Shown here piece after piece: positions 1-9,365 of a stretch of DNA of 55,939 nt (positions within the stretch are counted from its first letter, which is position 1; each line of letters begins with the position of its first letter). The stretch covers positions 1-55,939 of IMG/VR virus record IMGVR_UViG_3300042987_002196; one strand, given 5' to 3'. The position numbers and the translations under genes were made by a program. Origin of the DNA: a virus. Lineage: Duplodnaviria; Caudoviricetes. The notes under the pieces were generated by a model. The model was not told where the DNA came from and made no database searches. It saw only the letters and a program-made list of their open reading frames with translations.

Positions 1-132
1 GATCATCGTCGATGAGTGCCACCTGGCTATCGCCGACACCTACAAGAAGGTGATCGAGGCCGCAGGCAACCCACCGCTCCTAGGTCTTTCGGGCTCGCCA
101 TGTCGTCTCGATTCCCGTGGCATGGGCGAGAT
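1..132. repeat. Terminal overlap, copy of 55808-55939 (circular assembly, genome ~55,807 bp)
   Basis: 1-132 matches 55808-55939 except C/T at 127/55934 (synonymous GGC/GGT). Confidence 0.97.
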
Positions 133-1039
133 GTTCGACGTACTGGTCCCCACCTGCTCCACCGGCGACCTGATCGCCGAGGGCCTGCTCGCACCCATCC
201 GCTACTACGCACCCACCAAGCCTGATCTCAGTGACATCCGCACCCGCGCCGGTGACTACGCGCTAGACCAGCTTGCAGAAGCCGTTGATCGGCCGTCCAT
301 CATCGGAGACGCAGTTGCTCACTACCGCAAATACGCCCACGGTCGCCGTGCAGTCGCCTTCTGCGTCAACATCAAGCACGCAGAACACACAGCTGCTGCC
401 TTTACTGAGGCCGGCTACCGCGCTGTCGCTATCTCAGGCAACTCCACCCGCGAAGAGCGGCGGCAAGCGCTAACCGGCCTGCGCCAGGGCACCATCGACA
501 TCGTCTGCAACTGCGCTCTTTGGGTGGCCGGTGTCGACTGCCCAGAGATCGGCTGCGTCATCCTGCTGCGCCCCACCAAGTCGCTCACCATGTACCTGCA
601 GTCCGTTGGTCGTGGTCTGCGCACATGTGCTGGCAAGCCGGATTTGATCGTCTTAGATCACGCAAGTTGCGTCTTTACGCATGGCTTACCGCAGGATCCA
701 CGCGAATGGACGCTTGATGCCAAACCCAAGCGAGCCAATGCCAACGCTCCTGCTGTTCGCGAATGTCCGTCCTGTTTTGCCTGCCATGCTCCAGCTCCTG
801 TTTGCCCCTGCTGTGGCCACGTTTATGTCCGGGAGACAGTGCCGCAAGGCCCTCAACAGATCGACGGCCAGCTGGTGGAGGTGGATGAAGCAGTTGTACG
901 GCGTCAGCGGAATCGGGAGCAGGCAAACGCTCAAACGCTCGAAGAACTGATCGAAATCGGCCGCAAGCGCGGAATGAAGTCGCCCTACGGCTGGGCGAAA
1001 CACGTCCTTGCGGCCCGGCAACGGAAGAGGGCCGCATGA
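1..1039 (+). CDS. SF2 DExH helicase, C-terminal part with Zn finger (gene starts at 55479, ~455 aa across the junction)
   Basis: IIVDECH motif II at the junction, QSVGRGLR motif VI, CPSC/CPCC; in frame with ATG 55479. Confidence 0.93.
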   Translation, partial: IIVDECHLAIADTYKKVIEAAGNPPLLGLSGSPCRLDSRGMGEMFDVLVPTCSTGDLIAEGLLAPIRYYAPTKPDLSDIRTRAGDYALDQLAEAVDRPSIIGDAVAHYRKYAHGRRAVAFCVNIKHAEHTAAAFTEAGYRAVAISGNSTREERRQALTGLRQGTIDIVCNCALWVAGVDCPEIGCVILLRPTKSLTMYLQSVGRGLRTCAGKPDLIVLDHASCVFTHGLPQDPREWTLDAKPKRANANAPAVRECPSCFACHAPAPVCPCCGHVYVRETVPQGPQQIDGQLVEVDEAVVRRQRNREQANAQTLEELIEIGRKRGMKSPYGWAKHVLAARQRKRAA

Positions 1040-1245
1040 CAAACGACTACACCTACCCAGGTCAGGCGCACCTAGCAGACTCATCCATCGGCGCTGACTG
1101 TAAGGACTGCCTCTATTACGTTCCCCGACCCTTCGTACAGATCAAGCGGAACTGCTGCTCCAAAGCCAAGCAGATGGCTGGCAAGTGGCTCAAGCCGATC
1201 CCGCCTTACGCCACCGCCTGCAAATACTTCACGCGGCGAACATGA
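1036..1245 (+). CDS. Small Cys-rich hypothetical protein
   Basis: ATGA overlap with helicase stop; CKDC...CC...C pattern. Confidence 0.7.
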   Translation: MTNDYTYPGQAHLADSSIGADCKDCLYYVPRPFVQIKRNCCSKAKQMAGKWLKPIPPYATACKYFTRRT

Positions 1246-1270
1246 TGGGAGCCAGCTGCTGCCCGGCTCC

Positions 1271-1654
1271 ATGGCGAACCAGGAAACCGATCTGCAGCAG
1301 CGGATACGGTTGGCCCTCGGCCAGCTGCCCGACATCCGTCTCTGGCGCAACAACTCCGGCAAGCTCCCCGACCCACGTACTGGCCGCTGGGTCCAGTTCG
1401 GTGTCGCCTCGCCCGGTGGCTCCGATCTCATCGGCTACCGCTCCATCACCATCACACCCGACATGGTCGGCCGTACCGTTGCCGTCTTTACCGCAATCGA
1501 GGTCAAGACGCCCACTGGCCGGGCAACACCAGCTCAGCGGCACTTCATCGATCACATCCGGCGGGCTGGTGGGATCGCGGGCATTGTCAGGTCGGTAGCC
1601 GATGCGCAGCGGATCCTTGGCGATTCAGCACCTCCTTCACGCGAGCACCAGTGA
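1271..1654 (+). CDS. VRR-NUC family nuclease
   Basis: GSDLIG...AIEVKTPTGR...Q..F PD-(D/E)xK signature. Confidence 0.9.
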   Translation: MANQETDLQQRIRLALGQLPDIRLWRNNSGKLPDPRTGRWVQFGVASPGGSDLIGYRSITITPDMVGRTVAVFTAIEVKTPTGRATPAQRHFIDHIRRAGGIAGIVRSVADAQRILGDSAPPSREHQ

Positions 1655-3002
1655 GCTCCTGCCCTGTCTCTACCTGCCACATCAGCGCCAGCGTGTAGTA
1701 GTGCAGGCCCGGCTCAGCATGCTTCCAAGCCAGCAGCTGCGCCCTAGCGCGTTCGGCAAACTCCTGCTTGGCCTGTTCAATCCTCCGCTTCTCCTCCTGT
1801 TGCCTTTCGACTTGCAGGCGCTCCCGCAGCGCCAGCTCCTTCGCCCATTCTTCGCGCTCACGACGGTCGATCTCCTCCCTTTCTTTGCGCAGCTCCTCGT
1901 TTCGACGCCGATACTCAGCCATTCGCTTCTGAAACTCTTCCTCCGAAATCTTTCGCGCCTCCTCAAGCTCCCGCTGCCGCTGTTCTTCCTCCGCCCTTTG
2001 CTTGATCTCCAGACGGATGCGTTCCGCCTCAGCAGCCTCACGCAGCGACCGCTCGTGCTTCAGCCGCTCCTGCTCCTTCCTCTCCCACTCAGCCTGTTTC
2101 CTCAGCTCGCGAATCCGCTCCTTCTCGGCAAACACCTTCAAGTCGGCAATGGCTTTTTCCGCCGCCTCAAATTCCACGTCAGCGTGTTCAATGAATTCTT
2201 CATCAATGAAGCGGTCAACTCCGCTCGAGGAGACCAGCCAGGTCGGTGGGTTACTGAATTCCGACGCCCACCAAAAGCGCCTTCGGTACTCGTCCGGCGC
2301 CTTCGTCCACTGACGCCTCAATCGCGTCATTTCGTCGAACACGTGCTCTCGCCGCTTCCGCGCCTCCGACAGCACTCGATCCCGTTCGTGCCATTCGTGC
2401 GGCACTACCGGTACATCATCGCCACAGACCATGGTGTACAGCTCCTGCGAGGTCAGATAGCGCCCCACAGCGGCTTGGTGCCTTGTCGAATGACTGAGCT
2501 GAAACAACCCGCCGGGCAAATCCAAGATGATCGGTTTTGTCGCGTCCGCAAAACTGCGCTTCGGGCCTTTGCGCTTCCAACGGTAGAAGTACCTGCCCTT
2601 GCCTTCATAAGAAATTGCTATGTCGTCCGCAAACCCTGTGCCCCCAAATCTCACGGCGTCAAGCACCCACAGCATCTCGCCGTAGAACTCTTCTCGCTCA
2701 CGGATCGCCGTCAAACTGATACTGCTGTGCTGCACCTCAAGAACCGCCAGCGGACCCTTAACGTCGGCGCGATGGTTCTCGATCGAGACTTCCTGGCACT
2801 CAATCGGGAACCGGCTCTTCCAATCGAGGTGCCACTCAGTCTCCGGCTCAGACAGGTAGTTGCACTCGGCCACCCGGTGCGCCCAGTGCCAGACAACCTT
2901 CTCGCCGCACTTGGCGACAACCTCGCCACCGCACCCAGGGCAGGCCCCGCGAAAGCCGGGCTTGGGCTGCGAACGCTGCCCGTCGACCAAGGCGACCAGC
3001 AT
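1587..3002 (-). CDS. CoiA-like nuclease domain protein with long charged coiled coil
   Basis: CPGCGGEVVAKCG..WHWAH, ETEWHLDWK, HRADV, LEVQHS; E/R/K-rich C-terminal half. Confidence 0.75.
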   Translation of the reverse strand: MLVALVDGQRSQPKPGFRGACPGCGGEVVAKCGEKVVWHWAHRVAECNYLSEPETEWHLDWKSRFPIECQEVSIENHRADVKGPLAVLEVQHSSISLTAIREREEFYGEMLWVLDAVRFGGTGFADDIAISYEGKGRYFYRWKRKGPKRSFADATKPIILDLPGGLFQLSHSTRHQAAVGRYLTSQELYTMVCGDDVPVVPHEWHERDRVLSEARKRREHVFDEMTRLRRQWTKAPDEYRRRFWWASEFSNPPTWLVSSSGVDRFIDEEFIEHADVEFEAAEKAIADLKVFAEKERIRELRKQAEWERKEQERLKHERSLREAAEAERIRLEIKQRAEEEQRQRELEEARKISEEEFQKRMAEYRRRNEELRKEREEIDRREREEWAKELALRERLQVERQQEEKRRIEQAKQEFAERARAQLLAWKHAEPGLHYYTLALMWQVETGQELTGARVKEVLNRQGSAAHRLPT

Positions 3003-3082
3003 GACGATTTGAGAAAAACTGGTCGAACCGTAGCACCCCTCAGGGTCATCGGGGTATCATTCCAAGCACACTCAATGCACAC

Positions 3083-3220
3083 ATGAAACGCATTCCGCTC
3101 TTGCTGCCTCCAGACATGCTTGCCTGGCTCGATGCCAAGACCAGAGGCGTCGAAAACCGGAACACCTTTATCCGCCGGCTGATCGCCGAAGCCATGAAGC
3201 ACGACCAGGAGGCCCGCTGA
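3083..3220 (+). CDS. Small ribbon-helix-helix-like DNA-binding protein (45 aa, not in ORF track)
   Basis: MKRIPLLLPPDMLAWLDAKTRGVENRNTFIRRLIAEAMKHDQEAR; TGATG coupling to primase. Confidence 0.7.
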   Translation: MKRIPLLLPPDMLAWLDAKTRGVENRNTFIRRLIAEAMKHDQEAR

Positions 3221-5865
3221 TGCAGGCGCCTGATTTCGACGCCGCACGCCAGTTCCTGGCTGCCCTCGGCAAACCCAAGGGCGCCATACGCCTGCGTGGC
3301 TTCTACGCCAAGACCGACCCGCGCAAGGCCAACGATCACGGCGCCAAGGGTGACCCCACCAAGGCCCTGATCGAGGGCTGGGTGGCCGACAAACGCGGCG
3401 TCTACGTCGTGATCAACAACGGCGGTGACAAGGATGTCGACATCACCGGCTGCATTGCCCTGTTCTGCGAATGGGACGATCGCCCCAAGGACTGGCAGGT
3501 CACGGCATGGCAGGAACTCGGCCTGCCCGAGCCCAGCCTTCAGGTCGACACTGGCGGTAAATCCATCCACAACTACTGGATCCTCTCCGAGCCGGTGACC
3601 GCCGAGCAGTGGAAGCCCATCCAAACCCGCCTGCTTGACTACGCCGACGCCGACCGCCAGCTCAAGAACCCCTCGCGGGTCATGCGCCTACCTGGCACGC
3701 CGCACCCCGAGACCGGACAGCAGGCAGCGATCATCCACCAGAGCGACGCCCGCTACACGCTCGCGGATTTTGCAGCCAGGCTCCCCGAGCCGGTGGTTGA
3801 TCGCCGCATTGAGCAGGCCCGCACCTTCACCGACTACGAGGCCCAAGGGCTTGACGAGATCCAGAAGGCGCTCAGCTGCATACCGCCTCGAGTACCCGGT
3901 GGTGGCACATATCCGATGTACCGCAACATCCTCTGGGGCTTGATCAAAGCCTGCGAGGAGGCCGGCAGCTCAGCCGATACCGCCATCTCGATGATGGCCA
4001 GCCACAGCCCGCAGTGGACCGGCATCGAACAGATTGCACGATCCGGTGGTGCAGATATCACCGCCGGCAGCTTCTGGTACTGGGCCAAGCACCACGGCTA
4101 CCAGGCGCCGCGCAAGGTGCGACCTGGGCCGCCGGAGCTGCGCAACTTGCCTCCCACGCCCGCTGCAGAACCTGCTCACGAGCCGGCCGAGATCCCAGAC
4201 GAGGAGCCGGATCTCGAGGACGATGCTCCGGGATCTTCCCTGCCATTTCGCCCCCTAGGCTTCGATCACGGCATCTACTACTACTTGCCGGCCGCGGCCT
4301 GCCAGGTTCTTGCCCTGACCGCCGCCCAGCACAACAAGTCCCATTTCTTGCAGCTCGCAAATCTCGAGTGGTGGGCAAACGGCTTCGGCAATGAGCGCGG
4401 CCGCATCGACTGGGATTCGGCGCAGAACGCCGTCATGAGTTCCTGCATCGCGCAGGGCGTCTACGATCCGTCACGTCTGCGTGGTCGCGGCGCCTGGGCT
4501 GATGCCGATCGCGTCATCCTGCACCTCGGCAACCGACTGGTAATCGATGGGTGCTCAAGCCCCATCACCAAGTTGCCCAAAGGTTTCAAGAGCTACTACT
4601 TCTACGAAAACGCCAAGGCCATTGACGGTCCCGGCAACGAATCTCTGTCCGACGACCTTTGCAACAGCATCAAGAAGATCGCTCGTCGGTTCAGGTGGGA
4701 AACTCCAGCATCGGCCAACCTGTTGCTCGGCTTCATCGTCCTCGCACCTGTTTGCGGCTCCCTCAAGTGGCGCCCGCACATCTGGGTCACCGGTGGTGCC
4801 GGCACCGGCAAGACCACAATCCTGGGCTCTTTCATGAAGCCCTTGCTCGGTGGCATGTTCGAGGGCGCGACCGGTGGAACCACGGAGGCCGGCCTGCGCG
4901 GCCAGCTGCGCTCTGACGCCATCCCGGTAGTGTTCGACGAGCTCGAGCAGAACGAGCTCAAGGACAAGCTGCAGGTTCAGAACATCCTCGCCCTCGCCCG
5001 GATCGCGTCATCTGAAGGCGGCAAAATATACAAGGGCACGACAAGTGGTGGCTCGAATACGTTTGAGATCCGCTCAATGTTCTGCGTCAGCTCAATCAAC
5101 GTCGCCCTGATCCAACGCGCCGACCTCGACCGTTTTTGCGTACTTGGCCTGCGCAAAGATCAGATGGACAAGGATGATTGGACCGAATTTGAGCAGGAAA
5201 TCTTGAAGACCTGCACCGAAGACAACGGCCGCCGTTTGGTGGCACGCACGATTAAGCAAATCCCCACGATTCGCACCAACGCCAAGACACTTGCATCGGT
5301 GCTTTCGCAGTGTTTCGGGCAGCGATTTGGTGATCAGTACGGCACCTTGCTTGCCGGCGCGTGGACCCTCGAGGCCAACGGCGGTGGCGAGCTAACGGTC
5401 GAGGCCGCAAAGAAATGGGTCGACGGCATGGACTGGAACAGCCGTGAAGTCGATCGCAACGACGCCGATGAGATGAAGTGCCTCAACCACATCCTTCAGG
5501 CCATGGTGCAGGTGGATGGCGGCCGCCGTATGACCCTGCTGGAGCTGGTGCAGATGGCCGTCGACGATGTCTTGTACGTCGGACACAGCACCACGGAGGA
5601 GGTGGCAACGGTGCTGGGGCGGCACGGCCTCAAGGTGACCGCCGGCTGCCTTGCGATCTCGAATAACAGCACCGCGCTGCAGAACCTGCTTAAGGACACC
5701 CCTTGGGCAGGCAACGCATACCGTCAAGCGCTGCGTCGATTACCCAATGCAACGGCGTCGACGACCACGGTGCGGTTCCCGGCGAGCGGAGTGGCTCGCG
5801 CAACGTTAATCCCACTTGAGACACTTGAGACTGAGGGTGAAACGGCCGAAACCGTTACAAAGTAA
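3220..5865 (+). CDS. Primase-helicase (RepB-like primase, PriCT-2-like domain, P-loop helicase)
   Basis: DTGGKSIHNYW and NPSRVMRLPG primase motifs; GGAGTGKTT Walker A; VVFDE Walker B. Confidence 0.88.
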   Translation: MQAPDFDAARQFLAALGKPKGAIRLRGFYAKTDPRKANDHGAKGDPTKALIEGWVADKRGVYVVINNGGDKDVDITGCIALFCEWDDRPKDWQVTAWQELGLPEPSLQVDTGGKSIHNYWILSEPVTAEQWKPIQTRLLDYADADRQLKNPSRVMRLPGTPHPETGQQAAIIHQSDARYTLADFAARLPEPVVDRRIEQARTFTDYEAQGLDEIQKALSCIPPRVPGGGTYPMYRNILWGLIKACEEAGSSADTAISMMASHSPQWTGIEQIARSGGADITAGSFWYWAKHHGYQAPRKVRPGPPELRNLPPTPAAEPAHEPAEIPDEEPDLEDDAPGSSLPFRPLGFDHGIYYYLPAAACQVLALTAAQHNKSHFLQLANLEWWANGFGNERGRIDWDSAQNAVMSSCIAQGVYDPSRLRGRGAWADADRVILHLGNRLVIDGCSSPITKLPKGFKSYYFYENAKAIDGPGNESLSDDLCNSIKKIARRFRWETPASANLLLGFIVLAPVCGSLKWRPHIWVTGGAGTGKTTILGSFMKPLLGGMFEGATGGTTEAGLRGQLRSDAIPVVFDELEQNELKDKLQVQNILALARIASSEGGKIYKGTTSGGSNTFEIRSMFCVSSINVALIQRADLDRFCVLGLRKDQMDKDDWTEFEQEILKTCTEDNGRRLVARTIKQIPTIRTNAKTLASVLSQCFGQRFGDQYGTLLAGAWTLEANGGGELTVEAAKKWVDGMDWNSREVDRNDADEMKCLNHILQAMVQVDGGRRMTLLELVQMAVDDVLYVGHSTTEEVATVLGRHGLKVTAGCLAISNNSTALQNLLKDTPWAGNAYRQALRRLPNATASTTTVRFPASGVARATLIPLETLETEGETAETVTK

Positions 5866-6106
5866 CGGTGCCTGTTTCGCCCAAAACCCTTGCGCCGCAA
5901 CGGTTTTTGAAATTCGTAACGGTGTAACGGTTTCTCCCGAGAAACACCCAGAGAGATATACAGACCCCCTCCCTGTCACAGACCCCCTCTCCCTCTCTAC
6001 TACTACTATCTATTTTTATAAAGATTATTGTTACAACGTTACAAGCCAGATCCAGCAAGGGGTTTGGGCGTAACGGTCGATGTTTCACGCTGTTACACCG
6101 TTTCAC
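5851..6106. promoter_or_regulatory. Putative replication origin with GTAAC/GTTAC iterons around an AT-rich core
   Basis: Eight GTAAC/GTTAC copies in both orientations, ACAGACCCCCTC direct repeat (5960, 5978), AT-rich 5998-6035, directly after primase-helicase. Confidence 0.6.
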
Positions 6107-6107
6107 C

Positions 6108-6323
6108 ATGCCCCAGCCCACTCCTGACCACCAGCGCCTCGTCGCTAGCCCCACCAGATGGCCCGCTAAGCCCCGCGGAACCGCCTGCAAGGTCTTCATG
6201 GGCTCCCAGTGGGCCTCAGGCACCTGGGAGGGCCTGCAGGGCGATCGTGGGGCCATCTGGGTGGGCAGGGAGCAGCGGATGGTCTTCTGCAGCGATTCAC
6301 GCAATGTCCGCTTCGGCTCTTGA
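6108..6323 (+). CDS. Hypothetical protein
   Basis: ATG-started ORF in operon direction. Confidence 0.5.
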   Translation: MPQPTPDHQRLVASPTRWPAKPRGTACKVFMGSQWASGTWEGLQGDRGAIWVGREQRMVFCSDSRNVRFGS

Positions 6324-6410
6324 CGACCTGCTACCTTTGGAGCGCGATGGGAGCTCTCGGACCTGCCAGCATGGTGCTGGCTCCGAGGGCTTTTTCTTTG
6401 CGAGGGCGTC

Positions 6411-7166
6411 ATGGCCGGTGAGATCCAGTTCGAAGGCAACAAGCTGGTGCGCGACCTCGATGTGTTCGCCAAGGTCCAGCTGCCGTTCATGTCGTCGCTG
6501 GCGATCAACCGCACCGCCACCCACGTCCGCGATTCGCTGCGTGGCTCGATGCGTGGGACGTTCACCTACCTGACGCCCTACACGCAGAACTCGCTGTTCA
6601 TGCGCGTCAGCACCAAGCAGAAGCTTTACGCCGACGTTGGCATCAAGGAATTTGGCTCTAAGGGCAACGCAGCTGCTGATTACCTGCGGCCGCAAATCTT
6701 TGGCGGTCCGGTCTATCGAACGCGGTTCCAACGCCGCCTAGAACGTCAGGTCGGGCTGGGGTCTGGTTATATGCTTCCGCTGCACAGCAGTGACGCTGCG
6801 CAGCTGGGGCCGAGCGGCCGGATCATCGCAGGACAGTACACCGCAGCGCTGTACGGAATTCGAGCGATGGAAGATATTCGCGGCTCGGGGAGATATGGCA
6901 AGTTCGACTACAAAACACTCGGCACCTACACCTACATCCGGCCGGGGCAGCTGGTGTTTGGGCGCAACAGCAACAGGCCGCTGGCGCCGGGCATCTACCG
7001 GGTGCAGGGCACGGACCTGTCAATGCTGTTCAAGCAGCTGCGGCGGACGCCGAGCGTGCAGAAGAAGTGGGACTTCTACGGCATCGCGCAGACAAGCGCC
7101 GAGCGGAAGCTGCCCAAAGCGTTCGACGAGGTGTTCCGCGAGGTGATGGGCAAACCGAATGTGTAA
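6411..7166 (+). CDS. Phage protein, possibly gpZ-like morphogenesis family
   Basis: 251 aa; SLAINRTA...TPYTQNSL motif resembling basic phage proteins found upstream of terminases. Confidence 0.6.
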   Translation: MAGEIQFEGNKLVRDLDVFAKVQLPFMSSLAINRTATHVRDSLRGSMRGTFTYLTPYTQNSLFMRVSTKQKLYADVGIKEFGSKGNAAADYLRPQIFGGPVYRTRFQRRLERQVGLGSGYMLPLHSSDAAQLGPSGRIIAGQYTAALYGIRAMEDIRGSGRYGKFDYKTLGTYTYIRPGQLVFGRNSNRPLAPGIYRVQGTDLSMLFKQLRRTPSVQKKWDFYGIAQTSAERKLPKAFDEVFREVMGKPNV

Positions 7167-7238
7167 CGGTTTGTTACAGCAGTGGGCGTGAGCTGGGCAT
7201 GCGTGGGGTACGGTGGCGGGGTATTTGACGCATTACCC

Positions 7239-7427
7239 ATGGCCACCGACCCCAAGGTCGCCATTGCTTTGCACGGCCTCGTCAGCAACCAGCTCAACCG
7301 CGGCCGCACGCTGGAGCAGATCCGCGATCAGTTCTTCGATGCCGACACCGATCTTGAGCTGATCGAGGCATTCAGCGAGCCCGAGTGGCTGCAGTCTGTG
7401 CTGATCGAAGCGAGGGCAGCGCAATGA
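7239..7427 (+). CDS. Hypothetical protein
   Basis: ATG 7239; ATGA overlap with next gene. Confidence 0.6.
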   Translation: MATDPKVAIALHGLVSNQLNRGRTLEQIRDQFFDADTDLELIEAFSEPEWLQSVLIEARAAQ

Positions 7428-7660
7428 CGGCGGTTGAGAGCTACGTGATGGCGCTGGTGCTCGGCGCCATTGATGGCGGCAGCCGTGAGCTGTGCCAAGA
7501 CATCGCAGTGGAGCTGGCACTGAGCAACGACTTCAGCTTTGAGGAGCGGCTGGCGATGCGCGACGCAGCTGCAATGGTCCTGCGCACCCGTCATCCTGAG
7601 GTTGAGCTGCTGGATGCCATCCGCATTGCACTGGATTGCTATCTGATACCAGCGGGCTAA
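7424..7660 (+). CDS. Hypothetical protein
   Basis: ATGA-coupled ORF ending before a terminator. Confidence 0.6.
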   Translation: MTAVESYVMALVLGAIDGGSRELCQDIAVELALSNDFSFEERLAMRDAAAMVLRTRHPEVELLDAIRIALDCYLIPAG

Positions 7661-7689
7661 GCTGCGTGCGGACAAGGAGAGAGGACCAG

Positions 7690-7718
7690 CGGTCTGTCGG
7701 GAGGCAGGCCGTTTTTTT
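7690..7718 (+). terminator. Rho-independent terminator
   Basis: CGGTCTGTC-GGGA-GGCAGGCCG stem followed by T7. Confidence 0.75.
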
Positions 7719-7739
7719 GTGGCCTTGAGTCCCCTCGAC

Positions 7740-8246
7740 CTATCCGAAGTTCGCAAATTCACCGAAGTGGTCGTGGGCGGCCTGGCAATACGCCATGTGG
7801 GCGGCCAGCTCGTCATGAAAGTAGCCGAGATGAGTCGATCTACCGTTGATGCGGATCTGGGCCATCCACTTGCGCTTGCGCTTGTACCAGCTCACGCCTT
7901 TATAGGCAGAAGTGGTACTGCTTCTTTTTCGCTGGTTGCGCACGTTTTCTGCAGCGGTGGCAAGTCGCAAATTGCAAATTCTGTTGTCGCTTGGGTTTCC
8001 GTTGATATGGTCAATTGCTTTCTCGCCTGGATTTTCACCATAAGCAAATAGCCATGCAAGGCGATGGGACTGCATGTTTATCCCGTGCAAGCGAATTTGC
8101 TTATAGCCGCTTCCGTTCGTCCAGCCAGCCTTCTTGCCTGGTTGCATCTTCTTGCCTGAGCACTTTAGCCAGAAGAACTCGCCAGTTTCCGCGTCGTAAC
8201 GCAGCCACTCCCTCAGCTTCGCGAGGTGCGGTAAACTCTTTGCCAT
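7740..8246 (-). CDS. HNH homing endonuclease with C-terminal AP2 domain
   Basis: HRLAW...IDHINGNPSDNRICNLR...N; SAYKGVSW..KWMAQI...HLGYF. Confidence 0.93.
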   Translation of the reverse strand: MAKSLPHLAKLREWLRYDAETGEFFWLKCSGKKMQPGKKAGWTNGSGYKQIRLHGINMQSHRLAWLFAYGENPGEKAIDHINGNPSDNRICNLRLATAAENVRNQRKRSSTTSAYKGVSWYKRKRKWMAQIRINGRSTHLGYFHDELAAHMAYCQAAHDHFGEFANFG

Positions 8247-8324
8247 CAGCCTGGGTTTGCGGGTTGATCACGCCTCGGGAGTTTGCGGCTCGCCGGGGCA
8301 CAAAAATCCTACCGCAGGCCATCG

Positions 8325-8446
8325 AAAAACTTAGGGACCCGGGCACTCGAGGCTTAATAGGAGTGTGTTTTGAAGCTCCTGGCCGTTCAAAAAAATTAGG
8401 GACCCGGGGGGCAAAGGTTTAATAGGGGGTGTTTTTGACCCTCCTG
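8325..8446. repeat. Two imperfect ~57-bp direct repeats (period 65)
   Basis: AAAAA(C/A)TTAGGGACCCGGG...TTAATAGG..GTGTTTT..CTCCTG at 8325-8381 and 8390-8446. Confidence 0.85.
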
Positions 8447-8465
8447 TTTTCGTGTTTTGGCTGAA

Positions 8466-8480
8466 AATGAGAATCATTCT
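8466..8480. promoter_or_regulatory. Fur-box-like site
   Basis: AATGAGAATCATTCT, core of the 19-mer repeated at 12073-12161. Confidence 0.55.
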
Positions 8481-8520
8481 GAATAGGGCCAATGTCAGCG
8501 ATTCCACACACACACACGAC

Positions 8521-8658
8521 TAGTACATCCGTTCGCTAATACATTTGTACTACCCGTATTTGTAGTACATTTGTACTACTTAAAGAGTACATTTGTACGC
8601 TAGTACATTTGTACTATTGTCATTTGCAGTACATTTGTACGCTAGTACATTTGTACTA
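8521..8658. promoter_or_regulatory. Tandem array of cyanobacterial-type LexA (SOS) boxes
   Basis: Perfect TAGTACATTTGTACTA at 8563, 8601, 8643; variants at 8537, 8585, 8627; degenerate copy at 8521. Confidence 0.75.
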
Positions 8659-8670
8659 TTAAGCCCGGCC

Positions 8671-8689
8671 GAGAATGAGAATCATTCCC
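8671..8689. promoter_or_regulatory. Fur-box-like site
   Basis: GAGAATGAGAATCATTC, exact reverse complement of the core at 12074, 12111, 12145. Confidence 0.6.
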
Positions 8690-8928
8690 ACGGCCAGGCC
8701 GGCAGGATCCCCCCACCCGACGCGCCGCGGTTTCGATCGGCGCTCTCCTTATGTATGGGGCGGCCAGGCCGACCCATTGCCTAGGTGCGTCCGCACAGTC
8801 GCAAGGAGCGCCGCGCCAGTGGCAACTAGGCCAATTGGCAAACTGACCCCACGCCCTCGCATCCGGGCCGGCCAGGGGGCATCATTCCCGCAGGCGCCAT
8901 CGCGCCATCCCATCGCGCCTAACACCAA

Positions 8929-9270
8929 ATGACCCTTACAATCACCCGGGCGCCCGCGCCCGCCTTCCCTCCCATTGATGATGCGATCGCCGCCCTTAGC
9001 GCGATCGATTGGCAAGCGGCCGCCGCCCGCGCCCTCGCCCTCGCCCTGACCGTTGCCGCGGTCTGCCACGCCCTCGCTGTTCGCCTGGCCCCGATCGTGG
9101 CCGCCGCCCTACGCGCCCTCGCCGATCGGATCGACCGGCCCGCGCCCATCGCGCCCGCCGCCCGCCTGACCGTGGCCGAACTGCGCGCCGCCGCCCGCGC
9201 CGCCGGTCTGCCGCGCCGCCTTTATATGTACGGCCGCCGGGCCGAGCTCCTGGCCGCCCTCGCCGTGTGA
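8929..9270 (+). CDS. Ala-rich protein with C-terminal Rho-N/HeH-like motif
   Basis: LTVAELRAAARAAGL...RRAELLAAL; preceded by the conserved leader. Confidence 0.65.
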   Translation: MTLTITRAPAPAFPPIDDAIAALSAIDWQAAAARALALALTVAAVCHALAVRLAPIVAAALRALADRIDRPAPIAPAARLTVAELRAAARAAGLPRRLYMYGRRAELLAALAV

Positions 9271-9365
9271 CGGTCGACAATCCGCACGCCCGCCCCTTGA
9301 TGGCGCCCCGTGAGGCGCCATCATTCCATCAACGGCCGAACGGTCGTTCCATCGCATCTAACACC

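Noticed and set aside
1602-3086. 494-aa plus-strand ORF
   Set aside because: Antisense shadow of the CoiA-like gene, Leu/Pro-rich with no motifs
8505-8517. (CA)6 tract as a phase-variation switch
   Set aside because: Short, intergenic and no evidence of length variation
8521-8658. CRISPR or mini-CRISPR array
   Set aside because: Repeats are 16 bp with 0-10 bp gaps, no unique spacers and no cas genes
8521-8658. NtcA boxes
   Set aside because: Spacing is GTA-N6-TAC, not GTA-N8-TAC; the LexA motif fits better
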